A DNA stretch of 64,000 nucleotides from Utricularia gibba. Taxonomy: Eukaryota > Plantae > Magnoliophyta. The stretch spans positions 124,001 to 188,000 of the forward strand of contig NEEC01000025.1 of assembly GCA_002189035.1 (NCBI GenBank), in the 5' to 3' direction. Positions 54,103 to 64,000 of the stretch are shown piece after piece. Position 1 is the first letter of the stretch. Every line of letters starts with the position of its first letter. The translations under genes were made by a program, and so were the position numbers. The notes below the pieces were generated by a model. That model was not told where the DNA came from. It did no database searches and worked only from the letters and a program-made list of their open reading frames with translations.

Positions 54103-55810
54103 CGCCGGACTCACAGAGTTGGTGAACCGGGAGAAGAGAAATCGTTCAGACGTTCAACAACCCCCGACCACCACCACCACCACAATCCGTCTGATGCGTC
54201 GCCAACGCGTCAAAGGTTATTTATACTACCGGGCTATTGTGGGCCCCATAAATATATTAAATTAATAAAATGAGAACTAAAAATGCGCGGGTGGAATATT
54301 TTACATTTTAGCCCCTGGTCTTCTATGTGACCCAGCTGCGTTCATACCTTATGCCAGCTATGAATACTAATTTCCGACAAAAAAATAAATCCAATAAAAA
54401 AATGTTGATTTCTTTTTTCGGGTTGTAAGAACCAACCATCCCCTGAAATAAAACTTTCCATTTTGAGTCTTATTTTATTAAACATATCATTGTGTATGAA
54501 TTAATTTCATGACTGCATAACGCTTGTTTATTACAATGTTCGAATTTCGGGTTTCGGATATGATCCAAAAAAGAAAATTTCATGGAAATTTAAAAGTACC
54601 GAATTTTGATTTTTCAAAAACATGAAGAGATCGAAGGGCCGGGTTTTACTTGGTCGGAGAGAATGGCTCACCAAACGTTCCAAAAAGTCGGCCCCTTTGG
54701 TGGCTGCTGAAAGTGAAAGGGGGAGAAACAATTTAGGTGAAATGAAATGCAAATTACCTGAGATGCAACTCACCCACCCCCAAATCACCTGAAATTCAAT
54801 TATCTTTTTTTTTCCCTTTTTAAATCATGAAATAATGATATAACTGATTTTTTTTTTTTTATTTAGGTTGGTGAAAATACAATTACCCACATTTTTTTAA
54901 GTTGTGGACCCACTACCGTTACACGTGGCAGGCTGACATGCACATGCACATGCACTATCTCCTATCGGGGCCCACTGCTGTGCCATTGGTCAAATATGGA
55001 AGACCAAGTGGACCAATTGGGGAGTAGGTACGCATCACATATACATAGACACATGATCTGGAATTTAGTGAGTGACGCTTATGAGGTTTGGAATAAACGG
55101 TTGGTGGGGAGTTTATTCAACGGATCATGAGTTGGTTAATGGTATTATAGATGTATTTCCATAGTCAATGGCTGCGATTAGAAGATATCTACACAAATTT
55201 TGATGATCCAGAAAATCGAAATAAAAATTAGAGATGTTCAACATGTCAAAAAAAGTTGGTTGACACAAGATCGTAAAATCAAACATGAAGTTAAAAATAC
55301 ATATCATATATAAATAGAAAAAAATTCTCTATAAATCTCTCTCAAAGTGTCTCTCACGAACCTTGTGTGCATGTATGAAATCCTAAAAAATACAATATCA
55401 AATTTTTTTTTTGAAAGGTCCGAAATAGTTTTTTATAAATAGGTGAATTCTAAAAAATAAATTTATTATTATATAAGATTTGAATATAATAATGATACAT
55501 TTGAATATTATCATATTTAAAAATGATGTATATATTTATATATATATATATATTTATATTTATATACATATAATATCATATATACACTTTTAAATATTTG
55601 AACTTATGTCTTAGTTGCGGGAATCTACTCTCATGTAGATTTATCAGATTTGCTTTGGATAAAGCATACTAGCCCATAGTTGCTACTCTCACTATATTGT
55701 AGATGATGCAATTCAATTATAAATTCAACTACAAGGTTTTTGTTTGTATTTTTATCGTATTATGAATAAATATGTAAATTTTCAATCTTATCATAAGATA
55801 AATTATATAA

Positions 55811-56195
55811 GGGTGCATTTGATTCATGGGATAAAGAGGGATAATTAAGTGGTATATCATTATCATATATTTGGTTACGAATAATGAATTAGTTATCCTC
55901 TATTGTACGGATTTCTTATCCCACAAAAGTAGGATAAAATAATCCGAAGTTATTGGGTGATATTTTTTAATCCCCCTAACAATACCATAAATGAATTTTA
56001 TTTTTTTTTTATTTATAAAAAACTCAATTCAGAAAAATAAGTACATTTTTGTCATTTTAACCATACAAACAATTATCATATTCAAATTATTACAATACAA
56101 ACTAAACACATCAAAATACAATCCCATCTAATCCTATACTACTATCCTACTTAATTTTATCTTGGGATAACTTATCCAACGAACCAAACGTATCC
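55811..56195. mobile_element. Tourist (PIF/Harbinger) MITE, 385 bp, with TAA target-site duplication
   Basis: TAA|GGGTGCATTTGATTCATGGGATAA ... TTATCCAACGAACCAAACGTATCC|TAA. The 24-bp termini match at 18/24 as inverted repeats, flanked by TAA on both sides. Confidence 0.8.
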
Positions 56196-56922
56196 TAAGT
56201 GATTTGCAAAATGCGTATTTGTTTGCGTTCTCATTCGCGAATGCATAACAAAACACTCATTTAGCACGGGACTCATGAGTTGAAATGGATGGATCAAGAT
56301 ATCTCAATGGGAGACGACATTAGGGCTTTGCATTGCATGCATGGGGCTTGGGCCCCTTAAGAACTTGTGAGTATTGACATTTCATGCTCAAATAGACTCC
56401 TTCGTCTAAGTGGCTCTGATACTCCTTCAGTTAAATTAAAATCGATTTGATCGAGTTGAGATCGATCAATCATGCTTTCAACCTGTTTAAAAACCTATAA
56501 CAATGATCGATTTTCGGATCTCTCACAAATCCAAAACATTTTGAAAAAAGGATTATATTCTAAGTTTGCTACTACTATTTGGATATGTTTCTATTTAAGA
56601 ATTAAATATTTAAAATGAATAATATCGTAATTGTGTATCATGATATTTTTTTTAAGATTTGGTGTTCTGGTTTTTATTATTACTTATTTATATTTTGAAA
56701 TTGAGAAGAAAAGGATCATGATTTGATTAAGATGACTGGATACATACAATACAAATATTTTATATATGAATATTTACACTAAAAAAAAAGGGGATAGAGT
56801 GCAGCAGATGCAAGGAAAAAGCATAGGAATCTCATGCTTCAGTCTTCACACATCTCCAAGTGCAAATCTGTCAAGCTTCTGGGAATTAAAAAAGGAACCC
56901 ATTTTGCGGTTGTTGGTTTTCT

Positions 56923-57486
56923 TCAAGAATCTGCTCGAGAAGAAGGTGAATTCTTTGTCTGGCGCTCCAGATCTCGGTAGAACTTCATGATGAACTCTTC
57001 AGCAGCTTCGTCTACACGGTTTTCACCTTCTTCTTCTTCATCTCCGAAGTTATTCAGGGGAAAAGGAGAATCAGAAATCCTCAGCTGCCTCACGGCGGGG
57101 CTGGGTCCGAATCCGGGCAGCGCCGGGGAGGCTGTAGCGCTGTGGAACAGCTCCAGCGCCGCCGCCATATCCAGGGAGTTCTTGCGCTTGATGAGGTGAA
57201 AAGCAGGGTAGAAGTAGGCGGGGCTGCTGCTGCAGCTGAACTCATACTCGTAGTCCAAATCAGCCTCCACCCGGTTGCCATGGGAGCGGCGGGCAGCCGC
57301 GGCGAGGTGGTGGTGGTGCAGGATGAGGCTCTGAAGAAAGGCTTTCCCAGCGAGCTTACTCCGCTTCATCATCAGGCTGAAATCTCTGAGAAGCTTGTGC
57401 TTGGAAATGGAGTTCCGGAGCATCAAGTAGACTACGCGAATCGTCTTCCAGCATCTCTTGGCGATGATCGGAAGATTTTGCTCCAT
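56923..57486 (-). CDS. DUF761 (cotton-fibre-expressed / ACRE146-like) protein, intronless
   Basis: AKRCWKTIRVVYLMLR, EYEFSCSSSPAY, SPALPGFG-x-SPAVRQLRISDSPFPL and C-terminal VDEAAEEFIMKFY. ATG at 57486 (the ORF-track start is GTG). Confidence 0.9.
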   Translation of the reverse strand: MEQNLPIIAKRCWKTIRVVYLMLRNSISKHKLLRDFSLMMKRSKLAGKAFLQSLILHHHHLAAAARRSHGNRVEADLDYEYEFSCSSSPAYFYPAFHLIKRKNSLDMAAALELFHSATASPALPGFGPSPAVRQLRISDSPFPLNNFGDEEEEGENRVDEAAEEFIMKFYRDLERQTKNSPSSRADS

Positions 57487-59623
57487 TTTCTTTCTGATCT
57501 GAGCTTCAGGATCCACCGCTCTGGATCTGCGTTTGTGTCCCTCTTGTGAGCCTGCAAAAGAGGGTATTGGTATTTAAAGAAGGATCGAATAGAACAAATA
57601 CCATTACGCAAGCACTTCTTGGAAGCTTCTTCCTTTTTCTTAACCTGCAATTTTCCCACCTTTTTCCTCAATTTTATAAAATGATGAAATACCAATTAGA
57701 AGAAATAATAATATATATTAATATAATAAAAAATGTAACTTTCATGCATAATTACATTCAAATATAAATTCTAGTTTCCTAATTTAATTTTTATTTCAAA
57801 TAGTAGTTTTTTTTCCTCCAGTTGAAGAGCATCATCATCATGTTATCTTGATTGAATTAGTGTAATAAAATAAAATAAACATAAAGATGATTGTCCTGTT
57901 CAATTAGACAACAAATAGCAACTTTAGACCAAAGCCAAAGGGGAGTCCTTTCCCCCCACTTCCTTTAGCATTATTGGGAGGATATTTCTCCCCCCAAAAA
58001 AGCAATGCTTCATGTGCATCAAAGCATGTGTGTAATTTGAATTTTACATTCTAACAAATTCAATTACTTATATTTCGATGCGAAACAAGTAATTTCGTAT
58101 CAACCAAACAAAAGTTTCGTTTTGTGTTATTTTTCAAAAAATATTTTTTGAAAAGTACTTGCAGTTTGTGAATTTTTATTTTCTTAAAAATAGAATTTAT
58201 TTTAAAGTTTTATTATTTTTGAAATATAATTTGTTCATATTTGATAATAAAATTATTTCTAAATTTTTTTTTTCAAAAGCATAACACAGTTCTAAAGAAA
58301 TTAAGACCATATTTGGCAACAAACTTTTCAATATTATAGAAATTAAGGGTACGTACTTGTTTAAAAATAAAAAAATTACACATTATTTATATATGATGTC
58401 AAAATTATTTTTGAAATATTTTATAATTGGTTGGAATCCAAAGTTGAAATCTTTTTTGATGAGTAGAAGTAACGAAACTGGGGCGGGAGTGGGAAAGTTG
58501 AAAGTGAGGTGTCCAAAGGAGGGACCAGAAAAATATCAGGGGCTTGGGTGGGAAGCGACTTTTATGGTCTCGCTTGGGACACGCCTAAAGCGATGGGCTC
58601 CGCCACCCCCGGACACGGACACCTCGCTTTGACGAGTCCCACTTTTCCTACCCCAATGCAACCTTTCCTCCTAAGCAAACTCCATAGCCGTTGGAGGAAC
58701 ACACAACAAGTCCCAAATTCAAAAGCTACACACTCTGGTGGGATTCAGATTTTTTTTTTTCCGAACTTTGATCTTTCATATTCGTATGTTTATCGACTTA
58801 TGAATCGAACACTATAATAAAGAAGTAGAAATCAATGGAGATCTTGTGAAAGTAGAGCACCCTTTAATCAATCATGCATATTTGGGGGGCCAAGTAGAAT
58901 TCTGTGGTGGTGACTCGTTTTAGAAGTGTTCGCTATGGTATTTTGGTTATTGTCCAAAATTTTCGAAATTGAAATATGAAATGATATATTACGGGTTTAT
59001 TTTGTGTTTTTAATATATGTTTTAAATTATGTATAATGGAATCAATTTTATGATTTTATGAAGAAAATTTAATTTTAAATTATAAAATTATTTTGTGGAA
59101 TGAGATATATTTATATTGTAGAATTTAATTTAATATGAAGATATAAATGTATTTTTGAGATATTAAAAATAATATAATTATTTAATTAAAATATTATTTA
59201 ATTATCAAAATGAAATTTTAAGAAATTTAATATTTTTTTAAATTAATTTAATCGATTTTTGTCGATTATCGATTGTCTGTTTGACGTGTCGTCTGTTTGG
59301 TCATTTGGATCAGGATCCGAATACAGAAACGGGTATGGAGCCCATTCGGGTAGGGTCATGGGTCCAAGTTACGGTTGGGTATGAACCTGGGCCGAGGTTT
59401 CTCTCTGAGATGTTGGGTTAGGTGGGCCAACTGAAGCCCAATTAAAATCTGCTGTTCTTCTAGTCTGTTGTAGATTATCCGGTCGCCGGGGTCCAGAGCT
59501 CCGCCGTTTCCGGCCAAGGATTTCCATTTCTCGTCTCCCGCTTGGAGGGGTACTCTTTCGTAATCGTAACGATGAATTCTCGTGAATCGGCGACATGAAG
59601 CATTTTGGATTTTGAACAACTAT

Positions 59624-63091
<3,468 letters not shown>

Positions 63092-63542
63092 TGGCAGAGA
63101 AGGCAGCTTGGATTACCCTGAATTTTGTGTACAAATTGTGCTAAATGGCAACAGAGAATTTTGATTATCACATCCTTCTGTAAAAAAGACACATTTTGCA
63201 TCTCACCCCAACAAAATTCTATTCCATTCGGTCAAGTTGTGTGATTGCTTTTCAGCACCTGCACATACACCTTATTCTTCTTCTTGCCCGTTCACTTGTT
63301 CTAACACCGGAGAGCCAAAGATCGGAAAAACTGTGACTAACTGTATCTGCTCCCCAAGCCACAGCTACGGGTGTCTAGGAACCATACCACGACCGGATCG
63401 TGCCATTGAGGCTCCAGAATAAAGCCAACGCCTCCAACTGGGTGGCGCTCTCGTGGCAAAGAATCAAGAGGAAGACGGGGCTCAGCAGTGAGAACCATAA
63501 CCTTGCTGCGTTGCTAGAGAGTTGGAAGGTGATTCTACAAAT

Positions 63543-64000
63543 CTACATCTTCAAGAAGTCATTCAAGGAAAAGGGTTGATGGCCATCCTTGCATAGTTCT
63601 TGACTAGCAACCGTCGTCTGCTGTATTAGCCGTTCCATTGTCGAATAGCCAGGGTGCTTGTTGTGTTCAAGGATCGCACAGTTTAGCTTCCTTGCAACTT
63701 CTTGTCTAAGTTCTGGGCTGATCAAGTAAAACATTGGGGACTTCTCAGGTTCTACATATGCAAGAAGAGCCATCAAGTCTTCAAGCTTCTTGACATATTT
63801 CTCCTCTTTCGCAAATGGAAAGAATTTTGACTGTGCAAATCCGAGAGCTTCCTCGATTTTTCTAGAGCGCACAAGCTCGATAAACTGAAGACTCAAAATA
63901 TCAAAGTGAAGATCTTTATTTGCCTCCAACAATCCAGGAACATATTCATCTGTTAACTGAATGGCCTTCGATGCGTTGCCTTCCAACGCAAAATGCAGTA
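63543..64000 (-). CDS. LisH/CTLH/CRA-domain GID8-like protein (CTLH E3 ligase complex), 3' part only
   Basis: Frame is open to the window end (LHFALEGNASKAIQL...); DLHFDILSLQFIELV; KLEDLMALLAY...PEKSPMF; ERLIQQ; PFSLNDFL. Confidence 0.87.
   Translation of the reverse strand, partial: LHFALEGNASKAIQLTDEYVPGLLEANKDLHFDILSLQFIELVRSRKIEEALGFAQSKFFPFAKEEKYVKKLEDLMALLAYVEPEKSPMFYLISPELRQEVARKLNCAILEHNKHPGYSTMERLIQQTTVASQELCKDGHQPFSLNDFLKM

Overview
Nuclear DNA from a eudicot plant with a very compact genome: 23 protein-coding genes (2 truncated by the window edges) in 64 kb, mostly 65-120 nt introns, short AT-rich spacers and only small MITE-like repeats. A Lentibulariaceae-like miniature genome is a guess, not something shown here. 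Genes in order: PP2C (3' end), mTERF, ubiquitin-RPS27a, cathepsin B, GASA/Snakin, BEE-type bHLH, hexokinase-like (HKL1 type), two tandem CCR-like/PAR reductases, an intronless WNK kinase, a secreted/TM protein, PP1, RPL13, PMEI-PME, a small conserved protein, an NSR-type RRM protein, RPL9, a PWWP protein, IAA26-type Aux/IAA, ABCG36-clade PDR transporter, DUF761/ACRE146-like, FtsHi2, and a GID8/CTLH-CRA gene (3' end). Gene models were built by hand from splice sites and protein recognition, because the ORF track fragments most genes and misses RPL13 entirely. I found no convincing wholly new multi-gene system. The most unusual signals are in splicing and reading frame: cathepsin B has a 5-nt microexon encoding the oxyanion-hole Gln and one intron whose donor reads AT instead of GT; the NSR gene has a U12-type intron; PME has an apparently extra 72-nt stop-free intron; RPL9 has a GC-AG intron; and two genes (including PP1) have single-base frameshifts in homopolymers, which most likely reflect assembly errors.
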